A stretch of DNA of 64,000 nt from Lytechinus pictus. Its lineage: Eukaryota. The translations under genes were made by a program, and so were the position numbers. The stretch lies in assembly GCF_037042905.1 (NCBI RefSeq), contig NC_087251.1:48300001-48364000 (forward strand), given 5' to 3'. The notes beneath the pieces were generated by a model. The model saw nothing but the letters and a program-made list of their open reading frames with translations. It did not search any database and had not been told where the DNA came from. Of this stretch, positions 26,929-38,893 are shown in pieces (position 1 is the first letter of the stretch; every line of letters begins with the position of its first letter).

Positions 26929-27550
26929 CAGATATCACTTCAGTTTTGGAATTCCCCATTTCACTCCCCTCGATTCTTTCAAGAGGTCAACAAGCCATTT
27001 TCTACTTATGAAGTTGATGGACTCTCTTAGTTTGGTCTAATGAGAATTGTGAGTGGATCCGAAAATGAATTATTCAGACGCATTGCATCATTTTCATTGA
27101 TCTTTTTGAAATCGAGATAATTTTTTATGGTGTTTCTGCGTAGATTTTATTTCTAGCATTGTATTTTTCCTGCTCATGTCATTTGAAATTCATTGATGGT
27201 CGCTCTTTCGATTGACTTGGTTTATTTTAGCAGTAGGCCTACTAGCATTTCTTTTTTTCGGCATTAACATCATAAAATAAAGAAGGTAATATTTCCTTTT
27301 ATGACCAAAAGAAAAAGTATGTCCATAGTGATATTTACCACATATCGGTTTACATGCGTGTGTAATAACACCGGTCAATAGTTTACTATCTACTTTAGAT
27401 ATCGGTGAAAAAGTCGGCAACCTTCTCTGTACGCCATTTTGGTCTATTGTTAACTATTGAAACATAAACCAATGTCATAACCATTATGATGTACTGTATT
27501 ATTTTTATTGATGTGTGTGTGCGTAGGCGTGCGGATGTGTGCGTGCGTTG

Positions 27551-27750
27551 AGGTGCCGTGGCCGAGTGGTCTAAGGCGCCTGGCTATACATGGACAGTCC
27601 GGGGTTCGATCCCCGGCCGCGGCACCTATGCCCGTGAGCAAGGCATTTAATCTACAATGCTCTTTTATCCTGCTTTCAAATAAATGGAAATGCTATATGC
27701 ATTATTGGAAACTAGATGTGCACTTGTTTAAAAAAAAAATAATAATAAAA
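27551..27750 (+). mobile_element. tRNA-derived SINE
   Basis: A-box TGGCCGAGTGG, B-box GGTTCGATCCC and paired ends AGGTGCCG/CGGCACCT. These are followed by a CCCGTGAGCAAGGCATTTAA SINE body motif and an A/(AAT) tail. Confidence 0.8.
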
Positions 27751-29478
27751 GTGCGTGCTGCAGTGTGTGGACATGCCTGCTGTGTACATTTTAATGCGGT
27801 GTGATTCGTCACAAGCTGATGAATGGAAATTGTAAGTGTTAACTTAAATGATAATGATCTTGATAAATTAGATAAGAAGATTATCCTCTTTAAAACAAGT
27901 TTCATGCACACTGACAAATATATTCAGACAAGTCCATGTTGTTAACTTTTCATAAAATTGTTAAGTCATTTCCAGACTAATGGACCTATTTGAAGGTGTT
28001 TTTTTTAAATTTTATTCTAAGTAAACAGTTATCAGTGGCATGGCGTGCTATTATGATGTCAATTAAAGCAAGCTCTGTTAAACCTTTAAATTTAAAATGA
28101 TAACCCATTTATTAGTTCTGTTGTGTATGGTGTTAATCATCCCTATCTTTTTGAAATTGTATAAAGAAATTATCTCAACGTCGACCAAGATGTTTGCTTT
28201 AACATCAGCATCGTTGCCCCAGGTTCCTTCTGTATATGTTTCAGTTGGATAGGTGTTTCCTATTACTTCGATTGCAAAAGAAAAAAAACGGACGAGGTAA
28301 TGATTTCTATTTTCGCCTGTGCCTCTAGGTCCAAACCTTGTTATTTAGGAGAGCATGGTCGCGTCAAAGAAGGCAAATGACTATTCTTTATCTATTTCTC
28401 TCGCTCTCTTACCCCCCCCCCCCTTACTAAATGGTTGGGGAAAGGAATGTTTCTGTATAATCTAGCGGGAATAGTCGAACGACCCGAGAATAATGATACA
28501 GTCGCACCAATGAAACCGACAGCAGACCGATCAAAGCTGTTTGGTTATTTCGAATGACATACCATCTGTCGGTTTGGAGTCGGTCTCGTGGGCGTAACTG
28601 GCTTTACAAGATGACAGATTTGTCTTGGTGTGTGATGGATTCGTACTTGGTGCTTACTTAGGAAAAAGCTTGTCAAGGATTGAAAGATATTCATGACTTT
28701 CCAATGGCTTTCTATGAACGTATACCATGCTTAGAATATTTTCTCTGAGAGATATTTTAAATCTATAAGCTTAGCCCTTGGACTAGCTTGACAATGCCAT
28801 CATGTATATCGTGTTATAAATACAAGTCTGCTCATGAGTATGAGATAATTTGATTTTTTGGGTGCAACTATGTTTATTATTATGCTTTGCAGCCATGTTG
28901 TGCATTTTATACTAAACAGAACTGTTTGTAAATTGACTCTTTCGGTATATATGCTGGTGGTCGCTCAGCCTTTATGCATACCTATAAGTGATATTGGCAG
29001 CCATTCATTTTCTTCATATCAACTAAAAAGTCGAAATACGATGAAGATCGTCTTGTTTTGTTTCTGGAAATGCAAATTAAAAATATATATTTGATATTCA
29101 TTTACTTCAAAATCTAACTAGAGTTACAATGAACAACGCCAGAGAGTGAAAAAGTATAAAGAGTAAAGTTCTGAGACTTTCCTTCAATTAAAAGATATAA
29201 AACGTTGTACAGATGTTGATCCAATGTAGCCCAACATGATTATGTAATTACTGCGGGTTTTCTTCTATTAGTTTTCCTTTGTAGAATATTGTAATGTATT
29301 CGACTCTTAAAGAGTCGTGTGATGTAAATCACGGTTTCGACAACACCCTTCTTTTCAGTTCTTACTGGATGAATTGTGATCATACCGACTGTGAATAAAT
29401 ATCAACTATATTTAGTCTGACTGTCCTTCATCTCATTAGATGGATATTTTATGATAGTGTTCAGCGTGTGCGTTGCTA

Positions 29479-29582
29479 CACTCACACCAACGAAACCCAC
29501 AGCAAACCGACGTATGATATACGCCATTCGAAATAACGTAATATCGTTGATCGGTCTGGATTCGGTTTCGTCGGTGTGACTG
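29479..29582. mobile_element. ~100-bp hairpin MITE; other copies at 23435-23533, 28499-28600, 45890-45984 and 50554-50653
   Basis: TA|CA(G/C)TCACACCAACGAAACC ... GGTTTCGTCGGTGTGACTG|TA; the copies share an internal sequence. Confidence 0.75.
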
Positions 29583-32500
29583 TATGGCAGGTTCAACCGA
29601 AGGCCATATCAGGTGTCGATTCACACATCGATCTCCCTTGTGAACGATCGGGGTGATCTTGACCTTCAGTGACTAACCTCGGTGATCATCTTACAATTAC
29701 CGATTCGTCACGCTTGATGGGTTTGGTGTGGATGAGATTCACTGAAAAGACGAAGCCGCGAGATAAAGAGCGATGGGAGCTGGAGTTAGAGGATGGTGGG
29801 GGGGGGGGGGGAGAGGAGGGGATAAGTAATAAAGGAATGGAGAAATAGTATATTATGCCTGAAGAACTAGAGGATCGTAAAAAGGTCATCGACCATTTCC
29901 ATGAACCCAACATTTACGTGGATTTCACTGAATCTGGCGAAAAATCGTTATATCTGGACCTTTTTCATTAAAATGTCAGCACTGACGCAAGCTCAGACAA
30001 TTTCAGTGAAAATACTTAGTTTTGATTGGCCAAGAAGCACTGGTCTCCAATAAAGTAACTTGAGAATGGCGACCTGTCCGCGCTTTCATGAAACGATGCC
30101 CTGAACTTTCTGACTCGAATGTTTCCATTTCATTTCATCTCATTTCATTTTTCTTTTAGCAAATACCAGGACTAGTCGCAATACATAAATAGGATCACAC
30201 GCGGGCGAAAAGTTTAATGGTTTATTTCGAAGATGCGCCCGTTACGTATGCATGTGACTGTGAGATTGAAATACACCACGTGACTGAGTCATCAAGCGTC
30301 TTCATAAACTCATGTCCTCATAGGGAAGCAGAAAAATTGTTCAAATACTCCATGTTGCTAATACCTGCAGGAACCGCTGGGTTTGGTTTTGCAAAGTACA
30401 CCACATGTTTTTCAAGAATTCTGTTTTTGATCGGATGTCATACGGTGTGTTTCGAGAGAGCGATATTCCATCTTCTGTCCCTCTTGGCTCAGGCTGCTAA
30501 TCCGGCCAGGATGGAAACTAAAATTCCGGCTGATTCAAAGGAACAAGACAAAAAATTCATCTTGAATTTCTTGTATACTTCATGAAGTTAAGTACATGTA
30601 GTAGGTATCATGGTGTTCCTTGTCCTTGAGAGCTCATACTACTAATTAATACAACTATCCGTCGTAAATATTGGAGTATCTAGTTGGTGAAAAAACGATG
30701 AAATAGTTTATTTACAAACGATCCCAAAGTAAGATCACGTAGCCGTTTCTTTCACGGGATACCTATACCTTACTAGTTTTCCCAAAATGCTTCGTAACCG
30801 CCTGGTACATTCGTATTTATCGGTCAAATCGTTAAATGTAAACAGAGATCGAATAATTTACACACCGTGACCAATGTGCACATGACTAATCGGATGTTAA
30901 AATATATGACACTTGGCGCCGTGTCCGAGCAGTATAGGTGGACAGCTATGTCGTGTGACAGATCTTCAGGGAAGTCCTTTTCATCAGCGGTTTCTTTTAT
31001 GCTTAATATTTTCTCTCTCCAGTGGTAAAGCGAGCTTTTCGTGTTTATTAGAGTCGTACTATTATTTTGTGGATTGCTATAGGGACGAGAACGGCGAGTC
31101 CGCCGTATAGCTGACATTTGAGTCGTCGCGTTCTTGACAACAACTCGATAATTTGAAAACCTAAGATGGCTGATGTAATCTCGAGTGAAATTATGACTTG
31201 GCTCCTCCGAGCCAGAGGTGCACTGGCATACCATGGTGACGCCACTAATCACCCAGTGCCTATCCCGTAGAGATCACAGATTGTTTACCGCTCTTTCTAA
31301 GTCTAAACATTCTAAAATGACACCTTCCTGAGGAAAACGACAAATTCAAGACTCAAGTCGAAACGTCGGGTGTCCATTATCGACCTGAGTGATTTAATTT
31401 GGGGTGACTATATGGGTCCCTTGTTTTTTATTTTACGTTTTCTTTTCCAGTTAATTTGTGCATAGTACGAATCACTATAGATACTTGCTATAAAAGATAG
31501 GCAAATGCATTTGTATAGAATTTTTGTCTTTTTCCTCTAAAAATTGTCGCGATTATTCTGCAGTTATTCTGTGCATGAACATTTTTCGTTATATTTTGGG
31601 TACAACAATAACATTTTTGTGCTGTTTGAAATTACTATGAACTGATATGAGAACCCGGACAATATAGAACTATAAATTTCCATAATCAGAGACAAATGCT
31701 TGTAACTTGTATTTAATCTAAATTTGTCTGTAGGCCGATATCTATCCAATGTTTCTGTATAGTTATGGGTCCATCAACAGATTATTCACATTGCAGAGAA
31801 TGATGATAATTATAACCCGTAAACCACTAGTGTTATAAATGCAGTTCTCCAAAACACACGGAACAAGAAATGACATTGCCGTATGTTCTGCCATTCCATC
31901 AAGTTCCCATTAATATTTCACCTTTGCTGGTAAACTCCATATATTTGCAAATACCTCTTTTAAAAGCCAGATGTGACGAAAAAACCCCAATGAACCCTCT
32001 GCATTACACATTGATCAGGTTTAGGATAATGTTATGAGATGGGCGTTATTGTACCTTTATATTCATGCCATGGTCTATAGAGAGATTATTGCGACTATTG
32101 TCCTCTCCCGCTCTTAGCAACCAGAATAATTAGGTTTTAATACTCTTTACACCTATTGTGAGATGAGTAATGAAAGTCATCTTGTCAGCTATGACGGAGA
32201 TAACTCTACAAGATTATTTTGATAAGCATCGGTGTAAGCGCCATCGACAATGCTTAATTACGAGTGGATAGACCATCGTAAATGGTCAAATCAAGCATGT
32301 CAAGCCTTAATTGGTATATGCAAACTTCGATTTCATAAAGCGATTGTAATCGTCAGGATTGTCGACCAATTATGAGAATGACTAAATTGTCTATACTACA
32401 AAAGTAGTGTTTAGTTTCTCATCAAACTGATATACTATTGGATAGATTTTAAAGATTTCAGAACGATCGAGGCAAGAGCTACCAACGCAGCAAAATGTTG

Positions 32501-32666
32501 CGTTTTGTGTTTAATTGCATTTATTTCCCGCCACCTTTGGTGGATGCATGGGGCTAACGTCTTAACGTACACTCACGACCATTTCAGGAGGCATAGTCTT
32601 ATTGCCTAAATGCCTTTAATGGGGTAGGTATTTCATAATTAAGCAGACGATGACACAGGCAACCTA

Positions 32667-34396
32667 CACTACTCAAAAAAAGTTAAGGACCACTTTTTAA
32701 AACGTACATAAAGATTTTATACAAGGTGTTTTATTTCTGGAAATACCTCAGTACAACTGTCCTAAATGTCCTTAAACACGCTGTAATCAATTTCACGCAT
32801 GGGTGGTTTCAGTTGTTGCACAATGTCTCTCGCATCACTGCACATCCTGAAAAGTGGGCCCCGAGGGGTATCAGCTACCGACATGAAGTGGTAAAAACGA
32901 ATATCTGAGTGTCTTTCAGGCAGTTCAGTAACGAGTGTGACCACCTCCTGCAGCAATAACGGCTTCACAGCGCTGTCTCATGGAGCTGATGAGGCGATTG
33001 ATGTCTCTGACGTCCAGTGCATCCCATGCAGCCTCCAGAGCCATACCCAGCTGCTGCAGTCCAAGTGGATGGGCTTCGAGCTGCTCGAGACTCCTCCCCA
33101 TCATGTCCCAGACGTGCTCTATCGGGTTTAAGTCCGGGGACCTCGCTGGCCACTCCATACGCTCAATCCCCTGGCCCTCAAGGAACTCGGTCACCACCCT
33201 AGCTCGGTGGGCACGGGCATTGTCATCCATGAAAATGATGTTTTGTCCCACATTTTCTGCAAATGGCACCACTATAGGTTCAAGGACCTCATCCCTGTAC
33301 CTCACTCCTGTCATTGCTCCCCCTGGGACCACGTAGAGACGAGTACGGTTGGCGTAGGTGATGCCTCCCCACACCATGACGCTGCCTCCCCCATAACGGT
33401 CATGTTCTGCAATACAGGGGTCTGCAAATCTCTCTCCTGGTCGCCTCCAGACTCTCGAACGTCCATCATTGTGGTCAAGGGAAAATCTGTTCTCGTCTGT
33501 GAACAGAACTCTACGCCATTGCTGTCTGGTCCATCTGACATGCTCCCGGGCCCAGTTGAGACGAATTCTTCTGTGAGCAGGGGTGAGTGGGACACACTGA
33601 GCTGGCCGTCTGGCATGCATATTGGCTCTGTGAAGTCGGTTACGGATTGTTTGAGTGGAAACAATCACTCCAGTTGCTGCAGCGAAGTCATTGTTGAGGC
33701 GGCGTGCACTGTGAAAGCGGTTGCGGAGGCTGAGATTCGTCAAGTAGCGATCATCTCTAGGGGTTGTCGAAACTGGTCGGCCACTGCGGGGTCTCTCGGA
33801 GTATAGCCCTGTCTCTCGGTGTCTTTGATTTGCTCTGCTAATGACACTGTGTGACACGCCCATCATTCTGGCTACTCTTCGCTGACTGAGGCCAGCTTCC
33901 AGCATCCCTAGGGCTCTGGCTACATCTGTTTAACTTAGGTGGTGTCTTGGCATTGCTGTTGTAGGCAAGTTGTTGATTGTACAGACTAAAGACGGAAAAT
34001 GCTTTGGAAGACACTTGTCTTATGGCCCACTGCAATGATGCCAGAGACATCATGAAAGAACTGCATGTGTGAAATTGATTTCATTGTGTTTGATGGCATC
34101 CTGGACAGCTGTATCTTGGCATTGCTGTTGTCAGCAATTTGTTGATTGTAGAGACTAAAGACAGAAAATGCATTTGAATCCACATTTGTACCACTTCACA
34201 ATAGGCCCACTTTTCAGGATATGCAATAATGCGAGAGACACCATGCAACAACTGAAACCACCCATGTGTGAAATTGTTACAGGGTGTTTGAGGAGATTCA
34301 AGACAGCCATATTCGGGTATTTCTAGAAATACAACACCCGGTTTGAAAATTGTATACACACATTAAAAAGTGGTCCTTAACTTTTTTTGAGTAGTG
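32667..34396 (-). mobile_element. Tc1/mariner transposon with ~230-bp imperfect TIRs and TA TSD
   Basis: TA|CACTACTCAAAAAAAGTTAAGGACCACTTTTTAA ... TTAAAAAGTGGTCCTTAACTTTTTTTGAGTAGTG|TA. Confidence 0.95.
32925..33953 (-). CDS. Tc1-family DD34E transposase; in-frame TAA at codon 8, open 326-aa frame from 33905
   Basis: HTH region, SGRP linker, VLFTDENRF, GGGSVMVWG, FMDDNARAH, WPARSPDLNPIEHVW (34 residues between D and E) and GGHTRY end. The upstream ATG at 33953 reads MPRHHLS*TDVARALGML. Confidence 0.92.
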
Positions 34397-36370
34397 TATA
34401 AACTTCTATGCATACACAACTCTCACACCTACCTCTGATAAGCAAGCGAGATGAGCTTCTAATTACATAGGCTGGTAGGACTCCCGCTGCATGGAGTGTT
34501 CGAGTGCGTTGCCCTCGGGCTACGACGGCCTTAACGGTCAGGTGCAACGCGCTCTGGGAGTGCTTTGGGAAAACATTCAAAATGAGAAGGGGGGGGGGGG
34601 TTGGAAAGAGGGCAAGTACAATGAACGGCCGAACTGTCTTGGTAGAGGGCGCAACAGCAAGATGTTATACCATAGCATGTAAAATTGGGAACTAATTACT
34701 TGTTTATGACTTAAATTTCAATTGATATTTTGTTTCGATTATTGTTTATTGTATTTTCATTTTAAAAATCTTTATACACGTTCTTGAAACGTGGCTATTT
34801 TATGCTATACTTGCTATAAAACATTGTAAGTATGAAAAAAAATGGAAATCAACTAATTGAACTGAAGTGAACAAAAGAAGAACACCCAATTCTGATATTT
34901 GATTATTGTTTTTTTTTATCATTGAAATTATTTTTAACATTTCTTAAGTGGTCGATTTATCTTTTTGACTGATACTTCCAGACGGTTAAATGCCATCCCG
35001 AGATTATATAGGTTCAACAATGAATATTAGAGACGAGAGACACTATCAAATTCTATCAAGATTCACATCAGTAACTGGGTATTGATACGTTGGAGGGGAC
35101 TTGGGTGTACATTTCTGCGCAGACAGCTTATTTTGAATTTGCTCTGAATAGTATACCATCAATGAAAAGAACGAAATAATTTCAAAGAAGAAATGAAGTA
35201 AATGAAGTTCTGAGGATGAGGTCTGACATTAGGATCACTGGAGATAAAGGCGAAAGGGTGGAACGAGTAAATTAACATGACAGTTGCTCGAAAATGTGAA
35301 ATATCCGAACTTTCGTGATTTGTTTTTCTACAGGTTGTGGTGATGGTGGGGGGTGTATTGAAGAGAACCCCTTGATAGAATTCTAACGATATGAACAGTT
35401 TCGAATGCGTCAGTCATGTCAGTACAGTACATGTGTTACACTAAGTTGTTATACCATGTATACAGTGCGTATCAAAAAAAGTTTACACTTATCCAGACCT
35501 GTAAAATTATACATTTGTAATATCCTGAACATTTTTCCACATTTTAACATTGGTTCAGATCCATTTAAGCAAATAACGATATAACTGCCGAAAAATATTT
35601 CTGCTTGAGTGAGTACCACTTACTTTTGTAAAGGTAGTGAATAATGATTTGCGCAGAACTTTGAAATAGTTATGCGAATAAAAGTAGACCTAAATTATGA
35701 AGAACACGTTGAATTTAGCGAGTAAAATTGATTTGAAGATATCTTTTACCTTTTTTAACTTGTTTCCTTGCCCAAAACACTTCAAAGAGTGCATTGCGCC
35801 CACCCCACTTCCCCACACACCGAGGCCATCGTGACGATATTTGCTTTACACTGAGCTGTTATTTACATGAAGTGGCTTAGGCTTGACTTTCATTTTGTTA
35901 ATCATTGTCAAGCTTGGGGAAAAGAGTGGGGAAACAAGTATTAATGAAAAATGAAATGTAAACCCACTTTAAATGATCAAAATTTAGTGAGAAAATGCTG
36001 GAGATGTCTGATATAAACTTTTGTTCAGATTCAGTTATGTCCTCAGATCCAGCTGGCACAAAAAGGGTAAAGGTTGTGCTTACTAAGTGTTGGAATTTCA
36101 ATTTGGGTGGCAAAATTGTTACAAAATGCTTGAATGTATCCGTTTTATTTCAATTGACCAAAAGTACAAGGGAAATGTATGAGAAATGTTTCGCAGGGTA
36201 AGTTTGATTTCGCCCTTTTCCCTTGACACAGCGTGAAAACGAGCATTTCTGCGCATACAGATTTCTGCGAGCTTTACAAAAAATGGACAGTGCTCACTCA
36301 AGTGTAACATTCTGTCAAAACTTTTGCTTTCATTGGATAGAAATCTCGACAATCCCCGTACCAACCTGTA

Positions 36371-38893
36371 CCGACCGCACAGAAACGTTGTTAGCGCTAA
36401 CAGAGCACAAACAGCACTGTTAGCGAGGTTTTGCCCGCACAGAAGCATAATGTTAGCCCAATCACTAGCTAGCGCTGTTAGACTAACATTACAAGGTCGC
36501 ACAGAAGCTAACATTAGCGCTAATGTTTGAACTATTCACTAACAGTGCCAAGGGCACCGATAGTGACAATGTTAGTGAATATCTATTGCGTGTCTTGCGT
36601 AAAACTTGTCTCATTTTTATATCAAGTGCTTTAAAATAGACCTAGATAGAATCAAAAGGGTACTCCAGTCCAGGGGCGGATCCAGTTTCTTCCAAAAAGG
36701 GCCCGGAAAGGGGGAGGGGGCACATTTTCCCGAGAAAGAGTATGACAAGCAAAAAAAGGTTTACGTCTAAAATTGAAGGTATTGTTGTCCCAACAAAAAC
36801 TGACATGCAAAAAAGGGTCTTTTATTGCTTCAAAGGGGGGGGGGGGGGGGCACACTTGGGTAAAAATGGCTGGCATGTTTATATTAAAAATTTTGATTAC
36901 TGCTTTGGATCCGCCAATGCTCCAATCCCCAATACGTGTGGGAGAAAACAGAATGAAATTAGATGAGAAGGCTGTAATTACAATCAATAACATAATTCTT
37001 AAATGGAAAATAATGAAGAATAATAAATAAAATATGAATTGAATGAAGTGAATACTGTACAGTATTTTTGAAAACATTGATGCCTATCATGCCACCATGA
37101 ATATCCTATAGAATAGAATTACGAAGCCAAGTCCGATTTTCTTATTTTATGATTATTATTACTGTTGTTATTACCTTGTTTCCCCCCATTATGTACATGT
37201 TGTGATTATGATTGTGATTGCAAAACCAATATAAGTCATGAATAGAAAAGGTCCCATACTCCATTCCTCTTTTCCTGATTTGACCGTGAACTGGTAAATT
37301 TATGTTTCAACACTACACGTAGGCCTATGTAAAACTTGTCAATGGTCATGATGATTACTAAAGCAGTGGTCATATTTACTTTCAACTATAAAGACAAATT
37401 CAGTTTAAATGAACACGATTTCATATACAAACATGGACCTATGAAGAGATGGACATTCATCGCTTAGATAATGAATTCACTAACAGGTGACTGTAATTGT
37501 CATCTGAATAACATTCTCTTCATACTAGTCTTCTTAGGTCCTATGATGGTCACCGTGAGAAGGGACTGAAGCAGTTAGTGATTGGACATTTATATTTCAC
37601 AAATTATATGCGCAGTTGATAACAAATCAATGAAATAATGGAAAATTGATGTGCAGTTTTTGTTAACCTTTGGTAATCTTAGTTCCATGTTTGGGGAAAT
37701 GTCCGCATATTTTGATATGGAGGCAATATTGTGATTGATTGTTTACCATTTAAAATTCAATTTCCCAAGTTTCTCCATAATATTCCAGATATAGATGTCC
37801 CCCCAAACACAAAAGATAATCCTCTGCTCCGCCGCCTCTGGGCACATAACATTTATAGATCGTGTATCTCTCAGTGTTATTGAGGTCCTTATGTGTGAGC
37901 GGTAGTTAGCGGATCGAATAATATCATATTTTATATCATAAAAATCGTCTGCTCCTCAAGTTTGCTGCTCCATTATTATGAAGCATGTTGACTGAAAGGC
38001 AAATGCTGAAACAGGGTATCAGCCAACAAAAATCAGGACCGGGAAACTGTTCCGTATTTGAGTGATCAGATACCCTTGGTAGTCATGGTAATTGCTAATG
38101 TAACAACACCTGTATGTTCTCATTAAGATGCACATAACCAGATGACGGTGACTATCAAAGAAATGTTCGCGTTAATCGTCCATCTTTTTCATTGGTCCAT
38201 GATACAAATTAATAAGTGGGGAAATGACAAATGACATCATCAGCTCGCCTATAGTAAATATAATATAATTTTTACGTAAGTTATGCAAAACTATATCACA
38301 TATTTTTAAATGCCTTTTTTATTTGATTAATGTTCAATTGTTTGTATGACTATACTTCACATCCTGCTTCCCTATATACACCTCCATAGACGGAATTCAT
38401 TCTTCCACTCTACGAGCAAACATATACAGCCCCCTTCCCCTATCAAACAATTATTGACTTTTGCCGTTAATATATCATTTTTTCATCGATGTTAAGGTCT
38501 ATGTATTATGTTAAAAATGGACCTACTATGGTTAAAATAATCAGAATTCAGTAATTAACACCGCGGTACAATGTCATCACAAAGTAAGAATCAATGGTGC
38601 AAATCCGAGCCCCGGTTTAATGAGAATAATACATTGAGCCTATGGGATAAAGGCTCTTACATTGTATCAATCCGCACATCATCACTATAAGGCCCTTACA
38701 TTGTATCAATCCGCACATCATCACTATAGTACGTCATAGATTTTGCCTAACTATAAGGCGCAAACCCACTAACAACACCTGTGCCTAACAGCGCTTTCTG
38801 TGCGTTCACTCTACTCATGGTGTTAGTGGCTGATTTGTTAGTGACTTGTTAGCACTAACAACACCTTCACTAACAGTGTTTCTGTGCGGTCGC
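36371..38893. mobile_element. Nested non-autonomous DNA transposon with subterminal palindromic repeats (CMC/EnSpm-like organisation)
   Basis: TA|CCGACCGCACAGAAACGTTGTTAG ... CTAACAGTGTTTCTGTGCGGTCGC|TA. TGTTAGCGCTAACA-type and GCACAGAA motifs are repeated at both ends. Confidence 0.7.
36671..36919. mobile_element. G-tract MITE (CAGGGGCGGATCC family); related copies at 40083-40340 and a partial one at ~13483
   Basis: CAGGGGCGGATCCAG ... GGATCCGCCAATG. The internal GGGGCACATTTTCC..TGACAAGCAAAAAA is shared with the 40083 copy. Confidence 0.65.

Noticed and set aside
27551..27627. Functional tRNA gene
   Set aside because: The anticodon arm is poor, there is no oligo-T terminator, and it continues into a SINE body and A-rich tail.
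29325..29370. Third hammerhead-like motif (minus strand CTGAAAAG..GTCGAAAC)
   Set aside because: The core deviates from CUGANGA and there are no convincing stems or cleavage triplet.
30217..31252. ORFs of 122 aa (+) and 142 aa (-), and a short minus-strand exon candidate (GILVSILAGLAA*)
   Set aside because: No recognisable domains or consistent splice structure.
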